A DNA stretch of 64,000 nucleotides, filler included, from Streblomastix strix (lineage: Eukaryota), in NCBI GenBank assembly GCA_008636045.1. It is 3 parts of 3 records of this genome, joined end to end, with 100 filler letters (N's around TTAATTAATTAA, not from the genome) between each part and the next. Parts side by side here need not be neighbours in the genome. Positions count along the whole stretch, not along the records: positions 21,889 to 43,663 come from SNRW01000354.1; 2 more parts are not named here. One strand, written 5' to 3'. Position 1 is the first letter of the stretch. The number at the start of each line of letters is the position of its first letter. A program made the translations under genes and the position numbers. The notes beneath the pieces were generated by a model. The model did not search any database, was not told the origin of the DNA, and worked only from the letters and a program-made list of their open reading frames with translations. Below, one piece after another: positions 23,318-37,616 of this stretch.

Positions 23318-26300
23318 TCATTGTGTTTTATTAGGTTATCTATTGAATTTATATAATAATACTTCACTTGCATCCCAATTATCAATCACTGATATCTTTC
23401 GTTATTATATTTAATTATTATTGTTTTGAGTGGATTATTAATCTTATTATTTTAATTTCTCTTATATTGAATCATTGTTAATTTATTCATTAGATTATTA
23501 TTATAATTTTAAAGTTTGTTATTAAGGTGATTTATTGAATTGATTGCTCTCTCTGAAAGAAGAAATATTATTATTGATGATATTTTCATTGGAATTGGCG
23601 AATGATTTTGCGAATTCAAATTAATCTTATTATTTTTTCTCTTTCTAGTCGGTCGACTTTAATTAATCTTATTTGTCAATTTGTAAATTAGATGAATTAG
23701 ATTATTACGTATTAATATGGTTGTATGTTGGAATGAATTTAGCAGCATTTGAAGATAGTTAAGAAATGCTCTAATTGTGAACTTCGAAATTATTATTATT
23801 TACTATATTTGTATCTGATTATGGTAAAACTATGCCATTTTTTTGTTATGCGAATTCAGATGTTTCTTGTTGTATTTTCCCATTGTTCATTTTATCATCA
23901 ATATTTTTGATAAGCTTTTCTTATCCTGTTTCTTTAATGCTCAATTAATTCTCAATATTGTTTAATTCAAAATCATTATTCAAATTATTGGAAGAAATAG
24001 TATTAAGCGTTTGTGAGAAAGGGTGCATCATTTCATCAGAACTAAATAATGAACCATAAAAAATTGGCGAATTAGATAATAATAATTATTATTAATCCTG
24101 AATTGATTAAAATAACTCATTTTCCACCTCATCAAAATTTGATAAGTAAATATCTGAAATTGACTGAAATGATTAAAACTGCGAATTTGCGATTCCGGTT
24201 TCATTCATCGACTAATTTTTCTATATATGTGAAGATGGATCAGATAACTAATTGAGCTACAATTACTCAATTGGACCTGATATGTCATAGATATCTGGAT
24301 ATGAATAATTGAACCTTGGGGAGGGCATTCTCATTTATGAGATGGCTGATGCATCAGATAATAATGGTGAATTGAAGAAATCAGTACTGCTCTCGTTGAA
24401 TTAAAGTTATGAGGCATTGCTAGTATTGTTATTGCTATTATTTTATTTAGGAGTGGAGACGTCTTAATTGGTTTGAAATGATGAGAGTTATTACTCGAAG
24501 TTTGGCTTGGTAATATATGGAGGATTGTGAAGTGAAGGATCTTTATGTTGGTTGACAAACTGAAGTGATGGATTTTGTGTTTGTTGCAGAGATGATATGA
24601 ACTGATTATAATGCAATTTAGATTACGAAAGCGAATTTTGATTTTGATTAGATTGAGCTGTAGATTCTTATTATGAATGAGAATTGTTGCTTTCTTATAT
24701 TTAATTATTATTTATAAATGATTACTTATTTAATTATTCTTCTTATTCTTTAGTATCATTTACCTTTTATTCTTTTGGCTATTTAATTTCTTAATGTTGA
24801 GAACGATTAATTTCTTAATCCTAAGAATTATTATTCTGTTATTCTTTTAAATCAATAATTTCTTAATCTTTAGAATTTTTATTTAATTATTCCTTAGAAT
24901 TATTATTAATTTATTCTTCAGGATTTTTAATCTTTTATTCTTTACGATAAACAAACTTTGATTCATTAGAATGATTTCTTTCTTATTCTTTAGAATGATT
25001 TCTTTCTTATTCTTTAGAATGATTTCTTTCTTATTCTTTAGAATTATTATTTAATTGTTCTTCAGATTTAATAATCTTTTATTGTTTATTATAAACAAAC
25101 TTTGATTCATTAGGATTCACAGGCTTCTATTCTTTAGTTAATTTAGTCTTTAATTCTTTATGGTCAGTAATCTTTTATTCTTTAATATGATTACTTTCTT
25201 ATTCTTTAGAAGTACTATTTAATTACTCTTTGGGATTATTAATTTTTTACTCTTTTTATTGATTATTTTATTCTTCAGAATGGTTACTTTCTTATTCTTT
25301 AATATAAATAAACCTTTATTCATTAGGATATATAAACTTTTAATATTTATAATCAATACTCTTTTATTCTTTAGGATAATTAGTCTTTTACTCTTAAGTT
25401 TATTTAATTTCTTATTATAGATTTAATTATTCTTCATTTTTTTAAGATTCTTTAGTTTCTTGATTATTGTTATTATTATTTTATTATTACAGATTTATTT
25501 TTTCTTCTTTTATTTGATAATGGGCAATTTCTTATTCATGAGAATGCTAAGTTTCCTTTTCCAGTATTTCTTTGCTAATTTATGATTAATTGAATTAAGA
25601 AAGTATTTCGCTTGGCATTCGCTGTATTGATGTATTTTCATAGCTATACAATGTGCAATATCGGTTCGTTTCGTTAATCAAGCGAAGTTTAACAGTGCAC
25701 TAGATACTTCCAATCTGAATGGTTTTCAACGGTAAATCTTGCATGAATGATAATGCACTCTGAATTTAATTGTATTAATTAAACAATATAAAATTTAAAC
25801 ATTAAATTAAATAATAAATTAAACAATAAAATATTATATATTAATAAATATTTCAAACCACTTAACCACTGGCATTATTTTCAAAGGAGACAAACGCATC
25901 TCCCAAAATGTTGAACTGTGCGTCTCGCAAGAATTCAACACGTTTAACAGCACCATATTTTGCAAATAACTGAGTAATGCTTTTCTCATTCACAACTTTC
26001 CCTGATTTATCGTTCAATTATTTTTAGAATCGGATGTGCAAGCAATTGTTAAGAATCTTTGAATCGGCCCATTTAATCAGAATTTCATAGCCACCTTTCC
26101 CAGTAAAACGGTGACACAAACCAGATTTCGCTTATTCGGCATCCAATCTTTTGTTATACTCAATAAATAGTGTTTTTCCGCCAGCGATTGACATAACTTC
26201 TAAATTTACAACCTGACCATATGAACTGCAAGTTCAATTATAATTAAAATTAATTAAGTATTAACATAATATATAAGCATTTACAAACCAGGCTTCCTCT

Positions 26301-26753
26301 GCCATCTTTTCTATAGGGACATTTGATTTGATACTATAAATCATAATATTTGTGCTTTATTACATCTTATTAAGAAATATACGAATGTTTCTAATATCAA
26401 TAATTTATCCTTGAGCTAGCACACGGTCCATTTCCTATTCAGATTTATATACAGCAAACGCAAATCCCTTTTAAGAACCAGTTTAAATATTGTATTTCAG
26501 TAAAATTTTTTCAAGCTTTCCACGTTTCGCCAATATGTCCCAGATTTCGTCATCTGAAAAGATATGAATTTTCCCAAGAATAAAAATGCATCCTATAAAA
26601 AATTTGAAATAAATAGCAGAAGATAATGTGATAAAAAACTAAAATTTGTTAATTCAAACTTTTAGTCTCATCATAATCCAACCCTGGATTAATTTTATGC
26701 CCAGTTTTGCAAATTGTGCGTTCAGAAGTTCCTGGTAATATATATTCAGCCAT
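23318..26753 (-). CDS. RNA-binding protein with three RRM domains and a long Q/N/E/K-rich tail
   Basis: ATG at 26753. RNP1-like motifs KGFAFAVY, LFIEY and GDAFVSF, plus ITQLFAKYGAVKRV. Three GT-AG introns; the 3' end is approximate. Confidence 0.8.
24740..25400 (-). repeat. Coding 24-nt tandem repeat (8-aa KEQERNHS-like) in the RRM protein
   Basis: Unit TAGAATGATTTCTTTCTTATTCTT is exact three times near 24968-25040, with degenerate copies on both sides. Confidence 0.8.
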
Positions 26754-26866
26754 AACGAAGGAGATAACTAACCAAAGGAAATATAGTTCAAAATTGAACG
26801 AAGAATATTTTATAGTAATTGAATATAAAATTTTATTCATTCAATTTATATATATGATTTAATACA

Positions 26867-28699
26867 ATGAACAATTATAATTAAAAATAAAATTCAATTC
26901 CTAGAAAAGTTTCATATAAACTTTTAGCATAGAACATGATTGAATAAACTCCAAATGTAGCCGTATCATTAATTCCATAGTCATCATTTTCAATTGATTA
27001 GACGCTGATGAAAAACAGCGAATAAGCCTCATCGGGCTCTACACGCTCGCAAAGCACAAAAATTAGTCCAAATTAGCTATCTTTGATTGAACCATTACAA
27101 TTACCAACAAGTTATTCGGATTCATGCAAGCCTTCCCCTTTTCATGGCCCGTCAAGGCCTCCGAGCTTAAAACTGCTTTTCTCATCACCGCTCCATTTAC
27201 CATTGAATAACTCTCCAATTCATTCTCCTTCTGCAACATATAGAACCCAATAAATAGCTAATTATTCTTCAATTGGCATTTCTCCGCTACATAGACCAAC
27301 TTCTAAACCTAATTTTTATTTTTAATCAAATCATCGTGCATCTAAAGAAGAACAAGTATTTGAAACTGTTCATTAAGATTCTCCAAAACAATAGAAGGTA
27401 CTTAATAATCCAAATTTCCACCAAATTATTAGTTCTTATTAATAACATAAAGATTCTCCAAAGAAAAAACCAATATTTACAGAAACTTCACAAATATCGC
27501 CTTTTTTGAGTCAACAACTAATTCAGTCTCCAATTCAAAATAAGAATAGTGAAGTCGATCAATTAATTCATAATAGTATTTCAACAATATCAAATTAATC
27601 ACCACAAATTCAGAATAACGCACAACATTAAGTACATTTGAATATTGATTCATCTGAAACATTTGATGTAGAAGATGATATTCCATCTGGTAGGAGTTTA
27701 GACAGTAAAATAACATCTAATAAACCCAACTTTGCGAATTAAAGCTAATCATGCCATATTTAAATAGGTGACTAACCATTTGCACTTGCAACTTCGTCAG
27801 TTTTCTTGCATTCCTCTCCTAAATTGAAATATACACCATCACCTTCTCCAACAATTAGAGCTCAATAATCAAATGATAGAATATCTCCGTCGTTATAATA
27901 AGCTATTAACACATAAATATTCAATTAGGATAATAAATAAGATAATAAATATAATAAATAAGTTGAAATATTAGATTAATACTTTAATTAAGAAATGAAT
28001 AATGAAATTTCAAATAAGAAATAGTAGAAAGAAAAAGAATTTGAAAAAGAAAATGATTAATAATAACAAATTAATTCATTAAATGATAATAAGATAAAGA
28101 AATAAAAAGAAATTGATAATAAATAATAAATTATAGAAGATAAAAGAATTAATAAATCCGAATAATTATATTTTGGAATGATAAGTTTTGCATTGATTAT
28201 TCTCATAATAATAACTGTTGTAATTGGTGTGAATTGATATATAATAATATATATATACATATATATTACCAATTTGAATATACAATGAAATATTAAATTA
28301 TTTGATTTATCTTAATTTTATTACAAATAGGGAATCTTGAACTTACGTCAATAAATAAAGCTTTGAATGTAGGTTTGCTAATATTATTTAACTGTTATTA
28401 TTTTAATGAATATTATTTAAATTGGTATTTATAATAATATTTATTTATTTGTTATATCTATTTATGAATGATTAGGTATTGAAGAGCTGAGAAGATCAAA
28501 TGATATCTCAGAATTGAAGAATCTAATTAAATATGGATAAATTAATAAATTAGATGGAAAATAAGAAATAAATGAAATTTAATAATAAACTTAAGAAAAA
28601 GTAATATAATAATAAATTGATTAAATAAATAATATAAATTAAGAAGAATAAATTGATGAATAAATAGAAAAGAATTAAATAATCAATATGAATTAATGA
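26867..28699 (+). CDS. Hypothetical S/P/Q-rich single-pass membrane protein
   Basis: The frame from ATG 26867 is TGA-free for ~450 codons up to the TM segment YFGMISFALIILIIITVVIG. Short exons follow; the 3' structure is uncertain. Confidence 0.65.
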
Positions 28700-29590
28700 A
28701 ATCTCATAAATAATCAATATTTTAATTTCTGTAAATTGCATGAATTTATTTGAAATTCCTTTTAGACCAATAATCTATTAAATTTGATATCATTTGAATA
28801 TGCTATTTTTTAATTTATTTAAAGAAATATTTATTGAACAAATGTAGAGATTAAATTTCGTTTTTATATTGTTTGTGAATTATTTTAACACCAATTTTAT
28901 TAACTACTTTTGCTATTTATGCTGGTATTTATTTGATTGAGTATAATTTTATTTTGTTTGTTTTATTTTATACTAATTTTAAACATTAAGTCGCTTGAAT
29001 AAATAAAAATATAACAATTTTTAACATTTTTTAGAGATACAGTTTGAATAGATAGCATTTTAATCATATTATTAAATACAATCACACTATAAATAGTTAG
29101 AATCGATAGTTAATTTAGTATATTCCTAAATTTCACAATTAAATATAAATATATTTATCATTTTTATCTTGAATTTCAAATGTATCAAGCATTTTTAAAA
29201 ATTCTAATTTCCTGCCTTTTCACTGTATAATAATCCCCTTATTTTGGTAAATAAATCTTAATAATAATAATTTGCTCATTTCTATTAAAATTTATGATTA
29301 AATTGTGATTCAAAATTACATAATTTTTTTTAAATAAAAAACGTTCTACAGTCTGTACACCTTTGAGTAGCCTATTTATTACCTATTTTTCAATTTAATC
29401 CATTATTTTACTTCATATTTCATTGCAATTTTCTTAATCAAATCTTAGTTCAAATTTTTTTCTTAATGAACGCTAAGTCTCGCCATTCCCACATATTTTG
29501 CACACCTAATGACCTATTTTTATTCTTTCTTTTATAATTTTCTTATTTATTTATTCATTTTTTTCTTTATTATAAAAGAATAAGAATAAA

Positions 29591-30274
29591 ATGCTATCAT
29601 AATAAGAAATCAAGGAAACAGCAAGAGTTATAATATCCTTCGCTTATTCATATACATTGAACAAATACGGATACCAAAATGAATTACCAGAATCAGAATC
29701 GGCACCCTCTCTTATGGATGCTATTTCTTCACTTGAATACCTTTCACATCAAATCCAGATAAACAAGTCTATTAAACCAGTGATTCAGATTCCGATACTT
29801 CTTCGATCACTCACTGCACTTTCCAGATACAAAGAAGGTACTCACTTAAGGGAAGAAATAGATCGATAGAGATTGGAAGTGAGAAGGTACAGTAGATGTT
29901 GTCTTGATTGGATTCAATTCTATGGTGATAAATAAGTGCAAACAATGCTTGTTAATGTTGAGTATGGAAGATTGTTGTCCATTTCCTATAGCACAGCTGG
30001 AGGAATTGGTGAAGAACATGATTAGGAGACCTGGAATGTATTGGGTAGCATCTCCAGGTTCCTCAGAGATATTCATTAAGGGAGAAATTATCGGTAACCA
30101 TCCTTCCAACCACTTCCATTACTTGCTCGAGTGTCATTAGAGTAGATAGAAGAAGAAGGAACAATTGAAGAAATAGAACCTTAAATGAGTAATAAAGGAT
30201 ATACTGGCTATATCAAGAATGAGGCAAACGAGGCTAAAGCAGCGATATTGAATTGCTTCATTAACTGGAACTGA
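29591..30274 (+). CDS. Hypothetical 227-aa intronless helical protein
   Basis: ATG-to-TGA ORF that is open only with TAR=Gln: MLSQQEIKETARV..VIQIPILLRSLTALSRYK..STAGGIGEE..QIEEEGTIEEI..LNCFINWN. It resembles a multicopy oxymonad family (from recall, unverified). Confidence 0.8.
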
Positions 30275-31044
30275 ATATGAACAGTTTTGCATGATCGGAT
30301 TTTAATTTATTTCGCACATTCACTAGTTTAGTCACAAAATAAAATCTAATTAGCATCATTTTTGATGCAATTCAAATACGTCAGAGAATTGATATAACTT
30401 TTTGATTTTCTTTCTTTCTTTTTTTACGACATTACATATATCTTTAAAACATATATACATTGTAAAATATTTATTTAAAAGTTGATTTTAAACATTTAAT
30501 AAAAAATGATAAACTAATCAAAGTAAGATTGTGAAAACAACATACCCAGTAGTATCAAAGATCGGGTTCGAATTTTTATGAATGTAAATAAATAAAAATA
30601 ACATTAATTTTGACATTTATTATTTGAAAACACTTCTATGTGAGATATACCTAATTTATTTTTTTCTTACTAACAAATCATTTCTTTTGTTTTATATTTA
30701 TATATAAAATATTATTTTTGTAATATAATAACAATTTCATCAGAATGCGCAAATGTTCAAAAGCTGACAAAGCATTTCACTGATTGTTTTTAAAAAACGT
30801 ATTTAATACGTTTTTCTCAACGTTTAATATATATTTTGCTTCAATCTTAACAATTTAAAAATACAATAATTATACGTTTAATAGTTTTAATTAAAATTTA
30901 TTTTTAATTTTGTTATTATTATTATTTTTACTAAATAAATTTAATTTAATTTTATACATATTTATGCATATGTACTTGCTATTTGACATTATTTTAAATT
31001 TCATTACATTATTTCATATTTCTCTCTTCTTAGATTCTAAATTA

Positions 31045-31307
31045 ATGCCAATTGCTCCAATTTCAGCATTATATATCTTTATTGTAACAGTTTTCATAAT
31101 CATTAAATAATATTTTCTATATATTGACACATCTTTTAATCCGTCTATGATTTGGAACAAAAATTTTTAATTCCGGAGATTATTTCTTCCTTACATTTCA
31201 TTTCCATTTCAATAGTATTATTGGATTGCATAACTAGTCATAATGTATGAATTAATTACTAAATTATTATAGAAATAACACATATAAATCTTTATTGCAC
31301 TCGTTTA

Positions 31308-31345
<38 letters not shown>

Positions 31346-32479
31346 TTCTGATATAGATATTTTAATTTAATTCAAATAGAAATTGTAGTATTCTAGAAAA
31401 ACATCAAACAATTCCTATTAATGATTAGTTTAACTTGGATAATGATAACTGTTTGTATTAATAATTTGTTTACTTTATATTTTTTATCGATTTTTCATTA
31501 ATAACAGGCAATCTCAACATTATTATGGGATATCTTCCCTATAATAAATCCATTCTTCATGTTCGTCAATACAATATTCAGGTTCAAATCCTGGGTGATG
31601 AGATTATCAATTGGATGGCCAAGCGGTTTCTAGCAAAGATTTGTCAAATTTCTACCAATCATCTTTCCGTTAATATATACGTTGTTTAGCCTGTTTTTAG
31701 TAAAATCATTTGGTTGGAACGCAGTGTTAATCGTACTGATACAGCAGCTAATCGGCACATTGATTGATGTCATTCTCCTTCTTTTATTTAAGTCTAAATT
31801 ATAAATAATAATTAATGAGAATAATCAATATTTATAAGAAAATTAGCTAAACGTACTTGCACAGTAAATTCAGACTATTATATAAATAGTCAATCTATTT
31901 CGTCATAATTCTCCAGATTAAAATGAAGCATCTCATAATTCTATATAATTGAATCAATCAACTATACAAACAGTTCAAAATCGAAGCATTTCTCCAGTGA
32001 TTGATGAAAACGATTAATATTTTGACTACCAATTACCAACATAGAATGCAGGAGATGCCATTCGCAGAGTGAGCCAACATACATATATTGGAGATCATAT
32101 GTCAAGGAGTCGTAGTAGATAATCAGAAGCTATTAGTGAAATGTTAATTAACAATAACAACCATTCACCTTCAGTAAATCAAAATGCCATTCGTAATAGA
32201 AGTGTTTCATAAGATATTATCATAGATAATTAGAACATGTATAATATTAATAATAATAATCCATAATATACATATAATTCTCAACATTTAAGTTAAATTT
32301 CGGATTTGTAATAAAACAGAACTCCAAACTTAATTCCATATACAATGATGAGGTTTGGTAGTATGATTCTTGCACTGATGATTGTTGGCGGCATTCTTCT
32401 GGCAGTTGAAATATTTTCTTTTTTAATATTTTTATACTACTAAGAAATCAAATTTGTTGCAATTAGTAACATCGCATGA
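31045..32479 (+). CDS. Multi-pass membrane protein with Derlin/rhomboid-like N-terminus
   Basis: MPIAPISALYIFIVTVFIIIK..FNPSMIWNKNFQFRRLFLPYISF, further hydrophobic segments, a low-complexity loop and a C-terminal TM. TGA is at 32477-32479; the start and introns are approximate. Confidence 0.55.
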
Positions 32480-32952
32480 TATTAAACTCATAAATAAAAA
32501 TGAGCTTTTATTTCATTTCAATTTTTTATTTAGTGAGTTCAATTGAATATTAATGTAATAATCTTCAATAAAATATTTAAAATAAAATTCTTGTATATAC
32601 CAAATAATGTATAATAATTATTTTGCAAAAATGAATAAAATTTTGTTTTTATTGTTTTTTTTACCAATAAACCAACGAAAACTATTCGTAAATTTGAATT
32701 ATTAGCACAGTTAATAATGTTTTCAATATATTTACATATAATATTGCTTTTAACCAAGAAATGTACATAAAAACCACCTTAAAATTAAATTTCGCGAGTA
32801 ACCAAATATTTTTCTTCGTTAAATCGAATTTTACATAAAATATAGAATAAAATTACGCGTATTTATTTTGTTATTATAATATTCTCCACAATTACTTTAG
32901 TTTCTGCTTGAAAAATTCATTTTTTAATAATATTTTTTAACTTGCATTTTAA

Positions 32953-34841
<1,889 letters not shown>

Positions 34842-35806
34842 TCCATTATATAAAATAATATGAAATTAACATTTAATATATTACTTTATAGAACTTCGCT
34901 TAATATTGAATGTCGAATGAAAGATGAATATTTATTTCATATTATTTGAGTTTATTTGTGTTAATTGAGATATTCTTATCTCTTATTCATTCTCTTATAT
35001 ATCAACTTTATATTTTTTTGAGTTTGTTAATTTTTTTGAGTGTAAATGCACTTTTTGAGATATTTTTATTATCTTATTAATTCTCTACTCACTTTTGAGA
35101 TATTCAATTTTATTATTTTTTCTTAAATTTTTATTGGATATTTTAATTACTTATTTTCAAATATTTTTCGAGATATTCTAATATCTTATACTTACTCCAT
35201 TTTTTTAGAGACAATTTATTATCATTCTTATTCACTTAAAGTAATTTGAGGTACTTTTTATCATTCATTCATGATTATTTTGCATATCATGTTTTATTTT
35301 AATCATTTATAGAAATAATCTTCATCTTTTATGCTTGAAATTTTTTCCTTATAATTTATTTTAAATAGCTTCTTGTAAATATATATAAAGTCCATCCTTC
35401 ACTAAATATCAATTTTGTTCTACTTTATATAGAGCGAATTGAAAATATAAGAAAAGGAATAAAATAATAATCAAATTAAAAAATTTTTTATTACAATTTT
35501 AAAGTTCTTTATTGTACTATTGTCAGTTATTACTATCAAATAAAATGAAAAAAAGTTAATTAATTAAAATTAAATAAATTCATAAAAGCAATGAAATAAA
35601 ATAATTAATAGAAAAATATAAAAAAATACAATTTAAATGAGATGTGACCCAAATTTATATTGTGCAACAATTTCCCAAAAAAATAATAAAAAAAGAGCAT
35701 CTCAAAAAATGTATATAAATTAGATTATTGGAATAATCAAGGAATATCAATTAAAAAATTCTTACAAATTACAATAAATTACATATAAAATATACACAAA
35801 TTATCA

Positions 35807-37330
35807 TCAATTATTATATATTTATTAATTCTTTTTAATTTATTCTTCAATTTATTAGTCATTAACATAATCTTCTTGATTTATATTATTTATTTAATCA
35901 ATTTATTATTATATTTCTTTTTCTTAAATTAACTTTTAAATTTCATTTATTTCTTATTTTCCATCTAATTTATTAATTTATCCATATTTAATTAGATTCT
36001 TCAATTCTGAGATATCATTTGATCTTCTCAGCTCTTCAATACCTAATCATTCATATATAGATATAACAAATAAATAAATATTATTATAAATATCAATTTA
36101 AATAATATTCATTTATTATAATAACAGTTATATAATATTAGCAAACTTACATTCAAAGCTTTATTTATTGACGTAAGTTCAAGATTCCCTATTTGTAATA
36201 AAATTGAGATAAATCAAATAATTTAATATTTCATTGTATATTCTAATTGATTAAATATATATATTATTATATATCAATTCACACCAATTACAACAGTTAT
36301 TATTATGAGAATAATCAATGCAAAACTTATCATTCCAAAATATAATTATTCAGATTTATTAATTCTTTTATCTTCTATATTTTATTATTTATTATCAATT
36401 TCTTTTTATTTCTTTATCTTATTATCATTTAATGAATTAATTTGTTATTATTAATCATTTTCTTTTTCAAATTCTTTTTCTTTCTACTATTTCATATTTG
36501 AAATTTCATTATTCATTTCTTAATTAAAGTATTAATCTAATATTTCATCTTATTTATTATATTTATTATTCTATTTATTATCCTAATTGAATATTTATGT
36601 GTTAATAGCTTATTATAATGACGGAGATATTCTATCATTTGATTATTGAGCTCTAATTGTTGGAGAAGGTGATGGTGTATATTTCAATTTAGGAGAGGAA
36701 TGCAAGAAAACTGACGAGGTTGCAAGTGCAAATGGTTAGTCGCCTATTTAAATATGAGATGATTAGGTTTAATTGGCAAAATTGTGTTTAATAGATGTTA
36801 TTTTACTATCTAAACTCCTACCAGACTGAATATCATCATCTACATCAAATGTTTCAGAAGAATCAATATTCAAATGTAATTAATGTTGTGCGTTATTCTG
36901 AATATGAGGATATGAATTTGATATTGTCGAAATATTATTATGAATTAATTGATCGACTTCACTATTCTTATTTTGAATTGGAGATTAATTTGGTTGTCGA
37001 TTCAAAAAAGGCGACTGTTGTAATTGCTCAGAATGTATAGGTTTTTTCTTTGGAGAATATGGTGGAATAATTCCAATAAACTACCCATTTTGAATCGATT
37101 AATTATCCAAAGACTATTTAGATGATACCAACCAAGTAGGTGTTCGATGTAGCGATGAAAAAAACAATTTTAAGCTTCGTGGTCTCATACGCCAGCGACG
37201 AAGTGAATACTTGCTCGGAGTTGTATAAATTGTGGATAATTGCAATGATTCTATAATGGAATGTTTCCTTTACTACATTTGAGATTTCTGTTGTCGAGCA
37301 AAGTTAAAGATAACGTATTGTAGGTTTTAG
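35807..37330 (-). CDS. Inverted paralog of 26867-28699 (5' part diverged, possibly pseudogene)
   Basis: ~35830-37060 is a close reverse-complement match of ~27455-28660, including introns (compare track ORFs 27477-27716- and 36795-37040+). Confidence 0.6.
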
Positions 37331-37616
37331 AAAAAAAAAATTTTTTTTTTCTGTTTTTATATATTTACTATTTTAATTTTTTATTTAAATGTCATTTTAT
37401 ATTCAATAATCGCAAAAAAGTGATGAATTGTAATTACAAGAGTTGATAATAAAGAGGAAATTATTAAGATAAAAATTGCATATTAAAATCAAAAATACAC
37501 AAACAATATCCTAAACATTCAATCCATGATAAATAACAAATATTAAAAATTCACAAAAATACTCACTCGTCATCATAACCATAGTATTTTCTATTACCCA
37601 TAACTAGTTTCCCATT

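Noticed and set aside
24740..25400. Regularly spaced repeats as a CRISPR-like array (also 48866-49036, 60010-60175)
   Set aside because: Head-to-tail units in multiples of 3 within coding frames, with no unique spacers and no cas genes.
34940..35720. Recurrent TTTTGAGATATT motifs as a possible MITE
   Set aside because: No clear TIR pair or TSD could be defined in this low-complexity AT-rich sequence.
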